Shown here: positions 23,761 through 33,651 of the stretch, in pieces | Layout: each line of letters opens with the position of its first letter | Numbering within the stretch: the stretch's first letter is position 1 | NCBI GenBank assembly: GCA_963814805.1 | Contig: CAWFER010000016.1 | Coordinates: forward strand, 56,715-120,714 | DNA from: an uncultured Alphaproteobacteria bacterium | Lineage (GTDB): Bacteria; Pseudomonadota; Alphaproteobacteria; ATCC43930; CGMCC-115725 | Reading direction: 5' to 3' | Length of the DNA stretch: 64,000 nucleotides | Made by a program: the position numbers and the translations under genes | Notes under the pieces: model-generated | What the model was told of the DNA's origin: nothing | Database searches by the model: none | Seen by the model: only the letters and a program-made list of their open reading frames with translations

Positions 23761-24648
23761 CTATCGCTCGGGCGGCTCGCACGGCGCCGGCGTGGCCGCG
23801 GCCAGAGACGCATTGCCGGCCGCGTCGCCAGAGTGGCGGAAATCATGCCAAGTCAGGGTGAACGGGCGCTTGAACAGCACCGTCCACAGGAAGTTCACGC
23901 TGTATTGCAGCGCGACCCGGAACAGCCCTTGGCCGGTCAGCCGCCGGCCCGAGGAAAACGCCGGCAACGCAAACGAGAACTTGACTGCGCCGACCTTGCT
24001 CATCCGGCGGGCGAGCTCGGTGTCTTCGCCGAAAAATCTGAAATCAGGGTTGAAGGCGTCGGCCGCGGCGAGCGCCTTCTTCAGCACGACAAAATTGCCG
24101 CCCTGCATCATCGATCCGGCGCGAAAGACGAACCGCACCAAAAGATAGCTGGCAAAGGCGAACCGGTAAAACACGGCGACGACGAGGCGCACCCGCCTCG
24201 ACACGTCGTAATGGATAAACGGTCCGCTCAGCGCCACCAGACCGGGCGAGACGGCGAATTCGGCGAGCGCGGTGTCGAGCCAGCCCGGCGGCAGCAGCGT
24301 GTCGGCGTCGATATTGGCGATCAGCCGGCCCCTGGCGGCGAGGCATCCGGCTCGGCGCGCCGGCACCAGCCCGCGCTGAGGCTCGCCGACGACAATGACC
24401 CCGGGGACGGACAAAGCGATCTCGCGGGTCCGGTCGGTGCTGTTGTTGTCGACGACAATGATCTCCGCCGCGCACCGGCTTCGGGCAATCTCGGCGACGA
24501 TCGCTCGCAGGCACGATGCGATCAGTGCTTCTTCATTGTAGGCCGGCACGACAAAGCTGATCGGCAGCTCGGCCGCGTTTGCCTCGTCCACCCGGCTCGC
24601 CGCCACCTCTGTCGCGCCGTGCAACGTCCCCTGCCCGGCGCCGCTCAT
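23761..24648 (-). CDS. glycosyltransferase family 2
   Basis: Intact 295-aa ORF. ISFVVPAYNEE..IIVVDNNSTDRT..NIDADT is a typical GT2 signature. Confidence 0.8.
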   Translation of the reverse strand: MSGAGQGTLHGATEVAASRVDEANAAELPISFVVPAYNEEALIASCLRAIVAEIARSRCAAEIIVVDNNSTDRTREIALSVPGVIVVGEPQRGLVPARRAGCLAARGRLIANIDADTLLPPGWLDTALAEFAVSPGLVALSGPFIHYDVSRRVRLVVAVFYRFAFASYLLVRFVFRAGSMMQGGNFVVLKKALAAADAFNPDFRFFGEDTELARRMSKVGAVKFSFALPAFSSGRRLTGQGLFRVALQYSVNFLWTVLFKRPFTLTWHDFRHSGDAAGNASLAAATPAPCEPPER

Positions 24649-25595
24649 TGCTGCACCTCGACGAGCGCCGGCGCCACTTCCACCGGCTCCAGCGCGTCGC
24701 CCTCGTCGGCGCCGTCCCCGCTCCCCTCGTCGAGCGCGAACGAGCCCGACGCCGCGCGCTCGCTCCAGCGGACGAGCTCGAGCCGGCCGTCAAAATGCTC
24801 GACGAGGGCGGTGCAGCTCTCGACCCAGTCGCCGGTGTTGCAATAGGCGACCCCGCCTAGATCGCGCATCTCGGCGTGGTGAATGTGGCCGCAGACGACC
24901 CCGTCGAGCCCCCGGCGGCGCGCCTCGTCGGTGATCGCGTCGCCAAACGACACAATGTATTGGACGGCGTTCTTGACCCGGTACTTGAGATACGCGGACA
25001 AGGACCAGTACGGATAGCCGAGGCGCCGGCGCCAGGTGTTGAAATGGCGGTTCAGCCACAGCGCCCCCGTGTAGGCGCCATCGCCGAGCAAGGCCAGCCA
25101 TCGCGCATGGGTCACCACCGCATCATAGGCGTCGCCGTGCATCACCAGTAGCCGGCGCCCGTCGGCAGTGACGTGGATCGCCTCGTCGACGACCTCAACT
25201 CCGCCGAATTGCAGGCGGGTGTAGTCTCGCAGCCACTCGTCGTGGTTGCCCGGCACATAGATCGCCCTTGCACCTTTGCGCACCATGCGCAACAGCTTCT
25301 GGACGACGTCGTTGTGGGTCTGCGGCCAATACCAGGATTTCTTCAGGCGCCAGCCATCGATGATGTCGCCGACCAGATAGATCGTGTCGGCATCGTTGCG
25401 CCGCAGAAACTCGAGCAGGTATTCGGCTTTGCAGCCGTGGCTGCCGAGATGCACATCCGAGATCCAGATCGTGCGATAGCGGTGCATGCGCGGCGCGCGG
25501 GTAGCCGCCCCAGCGCTCTGGCCAGAATTGACGCCTGCCGGATACGAGCTCTTCGACAATTCCCGGCCCGAAAACCCGCCGGCTGTCTGGTCCAC
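24645..25595 (-). CDS. LpxH-like metallophosphoesterase (UDP-2,3-diacylglucosamine diphosphatase family)
   Basis: Intact ORF with motifs ISDVHLG, GDIIDGW, GNHD, HGD and GHIHHAE. An alternative start is ATG 25487 (MHRYRTIWISD). Its stop overlaps the GT2 start (ATGA). Confidence 0.75.
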   Translation of the reverse strand: MDQTAGGFSGRELSKSSYPAGVNSGQSAGAATRAPRMHRYRTIWISDVHLGSHGCKAEYLLEFLRRNDADTIYLVGDIIDGWRLKKSWYWPQTHNDVVQKLLRMVRKGARAIYVPGNHDEWLRDYTRLQFGGVEVVDEAIHVTADGRRLLVMHGDAYDAVVTHARWLALLGDGAYTGALWLNRHFNTWRRRLGYPYWSLSAYLKYRVKNAVQYIVSFGDAITDEARRRGLDGVVCGHIHHAEMRDLGGVAYCNTGDWVESCTALVEHFDGRLELVRWSERAASGSFALDEGSGDGADEGDALEPVEVAPALVEVQQ

Positions 25596-25770
25596 GCGAT
25601 CCCCCGTCTCGTCATCGCGGGGACCAGGCTAGCAATAGTATGTGACAGTTTTATGGGTCTAGATATTGAAAATCAATGCGACGACCAATCTCCTTTTCTG
25701 GCCCGCTTGTGGCCGGCCGCACTCTGCCGGTGATAGAGTTGTTGTTGCGGTAAAATCGGGGAGAGCAACC

Positions 25771-26974
25771 ATGAGCCAGGCGCTGTCGGGCATTCGCATC
25801 ATCGACATGACCCACAACCAGGCGGGGCCGGCCTGCGCGCAGATCCTGGGGTTTCTCGGCGCCGACGTGATCAAGCTGGAGGAGCCCAAGGGCGGCGACG
25901 TCGCGCGCGGCGCAACATGCGCGACCGGCCGGACAGCGACAGCCTGTTCTTTCTGCTGTTCAACGCCAACAAGCGCAGCCTGACCCTCAACCTGAAGACC
26001 GGGCGCGGCAAGGAATTGTTCAAGGAGCTGATCGCGCAAGTCCGACGTGCTGCTGGAGAATTTCGGGCCCGGCGCGCTCGACCGCCTCGGCCTCGGCTAG
26101 GAGGTGCTGGCCAAGACTCAACCCGCGGCTGATCTATGCGACGATCAAGGGCTTCGGCACCTATGGCCCCTATCGCGACTTCAAGAGCTACGAGCCGATC
26201 GCCCAGGCGATGGGCGGGTGCGATGAGCATCACCGGCTTTCCGGACAACCCGCCGACCTTTGTCTTTCCGGCGATCGGCGATTCCGGCACCGGCATGCAC
26301 ATGGCGATCGGCATCCTCGCCGCCTTGCAGCAGCGCCATGCCTCGGGCAAGGGCCAGCATGTCGAGGTGTCGATGCAGGACGCGGTGGTCAACCTGATCC
26401 GCGTCAGCCTGCGCGACCATCAGCGCTTTGGCGAGGCGATGCCGCGGCGCGGCAACCAGCTGGGCCGGGCCGTGCCGGGAACGACCTATCCGTGCGCCCC
26501 GGGCGGCCCCAACGACTATGTCTTTATCTTCGCCCAGCCGCAGATGTGGCCGGCTTTCGCGCAAGCGATCGGCCGGTCCGAGCTGGCCGACGACCCGCGC
26601 TTTGCCACGCGAAGAGGCGCGCTGGGACAACCGCGAGGCGCTCGAACGCGATCATCGAGGAGTGGACCCGCGGCCGCACGAAGCACGAGGTGATGCGGGT
26701 TTTGGGCGAGGCGGGCGTGCCGTGCGGCGCCTGCCAGGACACCGGCGAGGTGCTGGCCGACCCGCATCTGCGCGCGCGCGAGATGATCGTCGAGCTCGAC
26801 TACCCGACCCGCGGCACCTACCAGACCGTCGGCTGCCCGATCAAGCTGTCCGACTCGCCGGCCGAGGTCAGCCGCCCGCCGCTGCTCGGCGAGCACACCG
26901 AGGCGCTGTTGCGCGAGCTCTGCGGCCTCGACCCCGATGAGGTCGCGCGGCTACACGAAGACGGCGTCGTCTGA
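25771..26974 (+). pseudogene. frc: formyl-CoA transferase (CoA-transferase family III), about six frameshifts plus an in-frame TAG
   Basis: Once the frames are joined, the sequence resembles E. coli Frc as I recall it across most of its length: GIRIIDMTHNQAGPACAQILGFLGADVIKLE, LFFLLFNANKRS, NPRLIYATIKGFG, GDSGTGMH, LLGEHT. The TAG at 26098-26100 replaces the conserved Trp in GLGWE. Confidence 0.8.
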
Positions 26975-27189
26975 GGTAACCAATTCGCCGCCATCGCGCA
27001 AGTTCAGCGCCGGGATCGCAGCTGTCCCGATGAACCCGGCCGCTTGGCCCCCCGCCGAGTGCGCGAACTCGTCGGATTTTAGGGCCGTTTGTTCGAAGAG
27101 ACAAACAATCGCCGAAGCCGGTAAGCCGGTCACACCGTGAATAATTGACCGGCCTTCCGCCGCCTGGCCATTCTTTCAATGCGTTCCGA

Positions 27190-27225
27190 CAGAAAAGAGC
27201 AGCGCCGCAATTGCGGCGCTGCTCT
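27190..27225 (-). terminator. Rho-independent terminator downstream of the amidohydrolase gene
   Basis: Perfect 13-bp stem AGAGCAGCGCCGC-AATT-GCGGCGCTGCTCT at 27196-27225. On the minus strand it is followed by TTTTCTGTC. It lies 24 nt after the stop at 27249. Confidence 0.6.
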
Positions 27226-27248
27226 ACTGTTGATCGTGTCCCGCGATC

Positions 27249-28721
27249 TTATTCGGCGGCGGCGCGGGTTGGGGTTTGCGCTTCGGCGAGCACTGCGGCG
27301 GCCTCTCTGGCGACCCGGGTGCCCTCGAAGAATCTCGGATTCTGGGCGCCCCACAGCTTCACCGCGTTCTTAAAGGTGAAGTCGCGGAAATTATCGGCGG
27401 TGATATGGCCGTCCTCGACCAGCTCGTAGGCCTCGGGCAGCGGGTCGCGCATGTCGATCACGTCGAAATGCCCGATATCGGAGCTGAAGATCGCATTGAG
27501 CTTCGACCCGAACGGGTTGCTGCGGCCAAACGCAGTGGCGTTCATCCGGTCGTCGGCCTCGCAGCCGAAGTAATAGGGTTTGGCGTAGAGATCGACCCAG
27601 TCTTCCTTGCGGGTGATCTTGCAGGCCGAGAAATCGTCGATATTCTCGACCCCGCCGGTCAGATAGGCCTGTTCCGGGTCGGGCAGCCCGCCGCGCTCGT
27701 GCAAGGCCGCGGCGATGTCGGCGTAGCCGTACTTCTCGACGAGGCTCATCAATTTGGCGCGGTCGAGCTTGTCCGGGTGCATGCGCTCCAACGCCTTGCC
27801 GCTGCGCCGCTCCCAATGCTCGATCAGATCGCCGAACAGCTGCGAGGCCCAGCCGACACCGCCTTCGAGAAAGGCGAAACGCAGCTCCGGGAAGCGCCTG
27901 GTGACACCGCCCAAAAAGATCGCCTTGGCGGTCGCATGACCGGCCGCGGCGAAGTGGCCGATGTGGTTGTAGCAGAAATTGGTCGGCGACAGGCGCAGGC
28001 CCTGGTTGCTGGAGGAGCTGTGGAAGGTCGGCGCGATGCCCAATTCGACGCATTTCGCCCAGACCGGGTCGTAGTCGTATTCGCTGTCGAGGCCGAGCAC
28101 GTCATACCACACGGCAAAGCGCGCGCTGTCGGGGTCGTTGGCCGCGGCCGCCGGCACTTTGCGGGCCATGTTGCTGCCGAACATGCCGACCTTCGAGCCC
28201 AGCTGCTTGGTGACGAATTCGAGCTCGGCGATCGCCTCGTCCGGCGTATGCATCGGGATGATCGCCGCCGGGGTCAGCCGATCGCTGAGCTTGGCGAAAT
28301 AATCGGCCGAGACCACGTTGTAGGCGCGGACCACCGCACGGCGGGTGGCGTCATCCTGGATGCGCGGAAAGCGCAGCCCGGCGGTCGGGTAGACGATGAC
28401 GAAATCGAGGCCGAGCTCATCGAGGCGATCGTATAAGAGGCGCGGCATCATCGCGGTGGCGCGGTCGAGGGTATTCTCCGCCTGCCGGCTCCAGAACGCC
28501 GATTGGCCGACGCGTTTGGTGCGCCGCTCGGCGGGCGTCATCGCCAGTGCCTCGCGGGTCGTGCCCATCGCCTTCAGAAAGCCGTCCGCGGCTAGATCGC
28601 CGCCGACTTTGCGCATCTTGTCGCTGAACACCGGGTCGTATTCGACCCAATGCCCGTCGCCATCGACGATCGGGTGGTCGATTTTCGCACGGACCTGTTC
28701 AGGACTGAGATGGGCGCTCAT
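27249..28721 (-). CDS. amidohydrolase family protein (amidohydrolase_2-like metal-dependent hydrolase)
   Basis: Intact 490-aa ORF. IVDGDGHWVE (HxH-like metal site) and SSDIGHFD are consistent with the amidohydrolase superfamily. Confidence 0.75.
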   Translation of the reverse strand: MSAHLSPEQVRAKIDHPIVDGDGHWVEYDPVFSDKMRKVGGDLAADGFLKAMGTTREALAMTPAERRTKRVGQSAFWSRQAENTLDRATAMMPRLLYDRLDELGLDFVIVYPTAGLRFPRIQDDATRRAVVRAYNVVSADYFAKLSDRLTPAAIIPMHTPDEAIAELEFVTKQLGSKVGMFGSNMARKVPAAAANDPDSARFAVWYDVLGLDSEYDYDPVWAKCVELGIAPTFHSSSSNQGLRLSPTNFCYNHIGHFAAAGHATAKAIFLGGVTRRFPELRFAFLEGGVGWASQLFGDLIEHWERRSGKALERMHPDKLDRAKLMSLVEKYGYADIAAALHERGGLPDPEQAYLTGGVENIDDFSACKITRKEDWVDLYAKPYYFGCEADDRMNATAFGRSNPFGSKLNAIFSSDIGHFDVIDMRDPLPEAYELVEDGHITADNFRDFTFKNAVKLWGAQNPRFFEGTRVAREAAAVLAEAQTPTRAAAE

Positions 28722-28872
28722 GGGTCTGCTCCGGAGATGTGGCGGTTACGCCCTCCATCCTGAGCCCACTCTTAATAAGCGCCAACATGATTTGGCCGGC
28801 GAGGGTTGCGCCTGGCGCATGGACGCCCCCCAAAAACCGGCCCGCCCGGCCTCTCCGAAACAGATGAAGAAA

Positions 28873-29850
28873 TCAGCTCACGGCCGGTGCGACCGATCCA
28901 TCGATGCGGGCGACGAGATCAGCCGGCAATGGCCCGGCATCGGCCGCGGCGAGGCATTCGGCGAGCTCGGTGCGGTTCTTGACCCCGAGCACCACGGTGT
29001 CGACGCCGAGCGACAGCGCGTAGCGGTGCGCCAATGCTGCCGGGCTGAGGCCGAGTTCGGCGGCGAGCCGGCGAAACCCGGCGGCGCGGGCATAGTCGCG
29101 CATCTCGGGATGATCCGGCGGCAATGGCCGGTCGATCGCATCGGTCAGCGCGCCGGCCTGCACCGCGCGAATGCCCATGACGCCGACCCCGGCGGCGCGG
29201 GCGGCGGCGATGATCGCGCGGGGCTTGGCGGGGCCGTCGAAGAATTTGAGACCGCCCGGCGAGTCGAGCAGATTGGCGATGCACTGCACCGCCGCCGGCG
29301 CCGGAGCCTCGCCGATGAGCCGAATGATCGTGTCGGGGTGGCCGATGCCGGTCAGCCCCCACGCGCCGATCAGGCCCTCATCCGACAGCCGCTCGAAGGC
29401 GGGGCGCACATGATCGACAAAAGTCCGATAGAGCATCATCCGCTCGGCCGCGCCGGGCCGCTGCGCAATATGGTCCGAATCGGGTACGACATTCGAGTGC
29501 AGGAAGAACAAATCGAGCCGATCGAGGCGCAGCCGGCGCAGGCTCCCTTCGATCGAGCGGCGCAACAGCGGCTCGATTTCGACGCTCGCCGGCTCGCCGA
29601 GATTGCATTTGCTGGTGATCCGCACCCCTTCGGGCAGTCTGCCGCCAAACGCCGCGCCGACCACCTCCTCGGCCTTGCCGTCGCCATAGCGCGGGGCGAG
29701 ATCGACGAGGTTGATCCCGGCTTCGACCGCGGCGCGTACGGTCGCCACGCACTCCTCGAACGTCGTCTGGCCCCACACCATGCCGAGCCCGCCGCCGCCC
29801 AGGGTCAAGGCCGACACCGGCCACAACCGGCCGAATTGATGCTGCTGCAT
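28873..29850 (-). CDS. aldo/keto reductase
   Basis: Intact 325-aa ORF with GINLVDLAPRYGDGKAEEVVG, LDLFFLHS and a C-terminal pattern typical of the AKR family. Confidence 0.85.
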   Translation of the reverse strand: MQQHQFGRLWPVSALTLGGGGLGMVWGQTTFEECVATVRAAVEAGINLVDLAPRYGDGKAEEVVGAAFGGRLPEGVRITSKCNLGEPASVEIEPLLRRSIEGSLRRLRLDRLDLFFLHSNVVPDSDHIAQRPGAAERMMLYRTFVDHVRPAFERLSDEGLIGAWGLTGIGHPDTIIRLIGEAPAPAAVQCIANLLDSPGGLKFFDGPAKPRAIIAAARAAGVGVMGIRAVQAGALTDAIDRPLPPDHPEMRDYARAAGFRRLAAELGLSPAALAHRYALSLGVDTVVLGVKNRTELAECLAAADAGPLPADLVARIDGSVAPAVS

Positions 29851-30025
29851 GGCTGCGGGCTCCCGTCGATTGCTGGCCGATCGCAGCCTATCCCGGCGCC
29901 GTCGCCGCCGCCAGCAGAGGCCAACCGCGCCGCGGCTGGGGGCAGACCCTGCGCGGGCGCCGGAAACGAAAGCGCCGGCCGGGCGTTGACTTCAATGAGA
30001 CGCAACTGCTGAAGAGGAGACCAGC

Positions 30026-30208
30026 ATGGACAAGGATCGTGTCGTCGGCGCCGGGCACCAGGTGAAGGGCGCCGTGAAGGAGGGCATCGGCAAGGCTACC
30101 GGAGATGCCAAGACCCAATCCGAGGGTGCGGCGGAGAAGAATGCCGGAAAGGTTCAGAATGCGATCGGCGGGGCCAAGGACGCCGTTCGCGACGCACTGA
30201 AGAGGTAG
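30026..30208 (+). CDS. CsbD family stress protein
   Basis: 60-aa ORF MDKDRVVGAGHQVKGAVKEGIGKATGDAKTQSEGAAEK.. is a typical CsbD repeat sequence. Confidence 0.85.
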   Translation: MDKDRVVGAGHQVKGAVKEGIGKATGDAKTQSEGAAEKNAGKVQNAIGGAKDAVRDALKR

Positions 30209-30431
30209 CATCGGCCCAGGGCGCCGACCGCGTCGCGGCCGGCGTCCCAGCCCTGCCTGTCGGCTAGCTTCCGGCCGGCCGGGCTTGAGGGCGCGCCAGT
30301 TTCCGGCCGTTTGGCGATGCCGGCAATGTTGCGGCCATGCCGGGAGATGCCTATGATCCGCGCGCCCACGATCACACCGGCATTCGGGCGGATCGACCGA
30401 CCGGAGCCATAACGATAGGCCGGCCGCCGCC

Positions 30432-32312
30432 ATGTTGCAGGCGATCCGCTCCAAAGCGGGCTCCGTCGTCGTCAAGGGCCTGTTCGGGCTGCTGATCGTC
30501 ACGTTCGGGATCTGGGGCATCGGCGACATTTTTCGCAATCGCGCCAATACCGATACGGTGGTCGCCACGGTCGGCGGCCAGAGCATCGACGCCAACGCGC
30601 TGCAAAACGCGATGCAGCCGGTGCTCGAGCGGTTGAGCACGCAATTCGGCAGCGACGTCGACCTGCGCCAAGCGAAGCAGATGGGTGTGATCGACGACGT
30701 GCTCGGCCAATTGGTCGATCGCAGCCTGCTCGACCAGGAAGCTGCGCGCCTGCAGCTCTCGACCTCGGATGAGGTGGTCCGCGCCGCCATCCTGTCCGAT
30801 CCGGCGTTCAAGGGCGCCAACGGGGTCTTCGACCGCGGCGCGTTCAACGAATTGCTCGCGGCGAACCAGATGACCGAGCCGCAATATGTCGAGCGGTTGC
30901 GGCGGGAGATCCCGCGCCAAGACCTGCTGCTCGCGGTCACCGCCGGGGTGCGGGCCCCGCCGCCGGTGATCGAGCGCATCTATCGCTACCGCAACGAAAA
31001 GCGCATCGCCGATGTCGTCGCCCTGCCGATCACCGGGGCCGGCGATGTCGGGCAGCCGACCGACGCGCAGCTGACCCGGTTCTACGACGCCCACCGGGAG
31101 CTGTTTCGCGCGCCCGAATACCGCGGGTTCACGCTGGCGAGCCTGACCCCGTCGGATCTCGCCGCCAAGATGACCATTCCCGACGCCCGGCTGAAACGGG
31201 CCTACCAGCAGCGTCAGGATGAGTTCGTGCTGCCGGAGCGGCGCGAGGTGCAGCAGATCCTGGCGCCGTCCGAGGCCAAGGCCAAGGCCGCCGAAGCGGC
31301 GCTCGCCGCCGGCAAGGACTGGAAGGAGGTCGCAACCACGATCGCCGGGCAGGACCTCGCGACGATCGATCTCGGCCTGATGAGTCGGGCGGAGATGCCG
31401 CAGACGCTGGCCAAAGTGGCGTTCACCCTGCCGCTCGACAAGCCGAGCGCGCCGGTCAAGTCGCCGCTCGGCTGGCATATCCTGCGGATCGTCAAGATCG
31501 AGCCGGCGAAGACGCAGAGCTTTGCCGAGGCGAGGGCAAAACTGGAGGCCGACGTAGCTCATCACGAAGCTGTCGATCGCCTCTATACGATCGCCAACCA
31601 CGTCGACGATGCAATCGCGGGCGGCGACAACATCGGCGCGACCGCGGCCAAATTCGGGCTGAAAAAGACCGTTGTCGCCGCCGTCGACGAGCATGGCCTC
31701 GGCGAGGACGGCAAGCCGGTGGCGCTGCCGGTCGCACCGTCCGAAGTGCTGAAGCGCGCCTTCGCCATCGAGGAGGGCCGCACCAGCCGGGTCATCGAAA
31801 CCTCCGACGGCGCCATTTTTGTGCTGCATCTGGACAAGATCACGCCGCCTTCGGTGCGGCCGCTAGCCACAGTAAAGACGCAGGCGATCGCCGGCTGGCA
31901 GGCCGAAAAACAGCGCGACCTGGTCGCCAAAGCGGCCACGGCGCTCGCCGCCGCGGTCACCCCCGGCGACAAGCTTGCGGCCGTGGCCGCCGCCCGGGGC
32001 CTGAAAGCCATGACCTCGCCGCCATTCCTGCGGCAGTCGCAAGGGGCCGAAGGGGTGCCGCCGGCGCTAGTCGCCAAACTCTTTGCGGTCAAGCCCGGCG
32101 CTGTCGTGAGCGCCGCCGATGCCGCGGGCTCTTATGTCGCTCAATTGACGGCGATCGAGGAGCCGCCCGCCGCCACAAAAACCGCGACCGCCGACCTATC
32201 GCGCGCGATGGATGCCGGTCTCGCGCGCGATCTCGGCGACGAATTCACCCGCGCCTTGCGCGCCCATTTCCCGGTCGCGATCCAGCACGAAACCCTCGAC
32301 CGGCTGTTCTGA
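30432..32312 (+). CDS. ppiD: PpiD-like periplasmic chaperone / peptidylprolyl isomerase
   Basis: Intact 626-aa ORF with an N-terminal membrane anchor (GLFGLLIVTFGIWGI), a SurA-N-like region and a parvulin-like segment (SPLGWHILRIVKIE). Confidence 0.8.
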   Translation: MLQAIRSKAGSVVVKGLFGLLIVTFGIWGIGDIFRNRANTDTVVATVGGQSIDANALQNAMQPVLERLSTQFGSDVDLRQAKQMGVIDDVLGQLVDRSLLDQEAARLQLSTSDEVVRAAILSDPAFKGANGVFDRGAFNELLAANQMTEPQYVERLRREIPRQDLLLAVTAGVRAPPPVIERIYRYRNEKRIADVVALPITGAGDVGQPTDAQLTRFYDAHRELFRAPEYRGFTLASLTPSDLAAKMTIPDARLKRAYQQRQDEFVLPERREVQQILAPSEAKAKAAEAALAAGKDWKEVATTIAGQDLATIDLGLMSRAEMPQTLAKVAFTLPLDKPSAPVKSPLGWHILRIVKIEPAKTQSFAEARAKLEADVAHHEAVDRLYTIANHVDDAIAGGDNIGATAAKFGLKKTVVAAVDEHGLGEDGKPVALPVAPSEVLKRAFAIEEGRTSRVIETSDGAIFVLHLDKITPPSVRPLATVKTQAIAGWQAEKQRDLVAKAATALAAAVTPGDKLAAVAAARGLKAMTSPPFLRQSQGAEGVPPALVAKLFAVKPGAVVSAADAAGSYVAQLTAIEEPPAATKTATADLSRAMDAGLARDLGDEFTRALRAHFPVAIQHETLDRLF

Positions 32313-32619
32313 GCCGCGCCCGGGTCGCAGGACCGCCTGTTCTGACAGTCCGACCCAACACCACACGTAATCTCTATCCTTGATCCCCTTGCCCGGTGTT
32401 CCGGGCATCCACGTCTTTCTTGTCACCGTTCGGCCGCTTCAAGACTGGATGGCCAGGCCAAGCCGGCCAAGCCCGGCCAAGGGGATTGCGAGTTGTCCTC
32501 CGCCGTATACAAACAGCCCGCGCCGATTAAGCGTGGGCCGTCAGTTTCAGTTGATGGCACGATTGCCTCTCAAAAGTTTTCCTGCACAGTGCCGTTACGG
32601 GGTGGGATCAATCGCCTTC

Positions 32620-33531
32620 CTATCGTGCGAAGAATGGAAAAATGCAGAAGAACACCATTGTTTGCCTGTCAAGTATACCGAACTTCAGATCCTCGAAATG
32701 CCACGCCGTGGATGGATTAGTGGGTCTGGCAACAGGCTGCCCGTCTCTCAAAATGGGCTGATCGTGATAAAGCTTGTCAATAAAATCAGGATCGTCCAGC
32801 AGGGGATCGAGCCGCCGCATCTCGTCCTCGCACCTGTCTGCGAAAAGAGTGACGAGCATCGAGTGACCGGACGCCATGACGGGATTAGGCATGAACGCTT
32901 GTCCAGGCGGAACGTCCTTCGCCATATAAGCAAGACAGATTCGGAAGAAGCGGAGATGCTCAGCCGACTGTGGTTTAAATACGTGGTGGTCTGATATAGC
33001 GATTATCTGGAATTCCTTGTCTAAAACCTCGGCGAAAACCAGACCGCCACTACGCCCTTTTGGATTACCGGGGGCGGCGACCCCAATATGGAAATGGTGA
33101 AGACCGTGTCGGGTCAGAACCATGTCGATGTCCTGCCGCCGGTCCGTAGGGCGAGCGCCGGGAAGAATGATGCCTTTCTTGTTCACGAGATCGGAAAGAT
33201 GTGGCGTGAGGTCCTTCCCGGCAGCAACCTTCTCCAGGAACGGTCGGAGCTTCGGCTTTGCCGCCTGAAACTGCAAAGGCACTACTCCGCCCGACCAGAT
33301 CCTCACCAATCGCGGCTTGGCCGGTATAAGCCGCATGCGCCAAGTAAGAAAGGCTAAGATCATTCGATGCGTAGGCATTGCCCCCAGTGATTCGAGGGAG
33401 GCCTGAGTATTAGGTGCCCGCGGCAGGATCTTGATGATGTCACCGCGGAAGACCTGAATGCGTGGCGGATATAAATTGGACACGGTCAACCTATATTCGT
33501 GGCATCGCGTTATTAGATTTCTGCGCGCCAA
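32620..33531 (-). CDS. hypothetical protein (low-G+C orphan downstream of trpE(G))
   Basis: 303-aa ORF whose first start codon is TTG. The first ATG is at 33378, so the start is uncertain. Its AT-richer codon usage contrasts with the flanks. It has a His-rich motif TRHGLHHFHIG. No family recognised. Confidence 0.4.
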   Translation of the reverse strand: MARRNLITRCHEYRLTVSNLYPPRIQVFRGDIIKILPRAPNTQASLESLGAMPTHRMILAFLTWRMRLIPAKPRLVRIWSGGVVPLQFQAAKPKLRPFLEKVAAGKDLTPHLSDLVNKKGIILPGARPTDRRQDIDMVLTRHGLHHFHIGVAAPGNPKGRSGGLVFAEVLDKEFQIIAISDHHVFKPQSAEHLRFFRICLAYMAKDVPPGQAFMPNPVMASGHSMLVTLFADRCEDEMRRLDPLLDDPDFIDKLYHDQPILRDGQPVARPTNPSTAWHFEDLKFGILDRQTMVFFCIFPFFAR

Positions 33532-33651
33532 ACATCCGCTCTGATTCGGAAGCGCCTAGCCGACGCGCTTGCGGTGAAGCCTGCACCTGCTTCCTGGCAT
33601 GATCGGGAATCGGCAGGACGAGCGCTCGCGCGAGCCCGGTTTGCGGTCCCC

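Noticed and set aside
25596-25770. ATTGA-AAA-TCAAT inverted repeat in the AT-rich lpxH-like/frc divergent region, considered as an FNR/FixK box.
   Set aside because: The spacer is 3 nt instead of the 6 nt of the FixK-type box quoted above (TTGA-N6-TCAA). There is no other support.
28396-30012. Long antisense or shadow ORFs. Examples: 28396-30012 (+, 538 aa), 30372-31829 (-, 485 aa), 27276-28436 (+), 16843-18054 (+), 53258-54637 (-), 55154-56503 (-), 59828-61063 (+), 62723-63922 (-).
   Set aside because: Each lies opposite to, or out of frame with, a gene with clear family-level sequence (AKR, PpiD, amidohydrolase, GT4, kinase, RNase J, NuoN). Each has Arg/Pro/Gly/Ala-rich composition without recognisable motifs.
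32620-33531. HEPN-like Rx4H pattern (RHGLHH) in the 303-aa orphan.
   Set aside because: A six-residue pattern with no supporting helical context is expected by chance. It is mentioned only as a His-rich motif.
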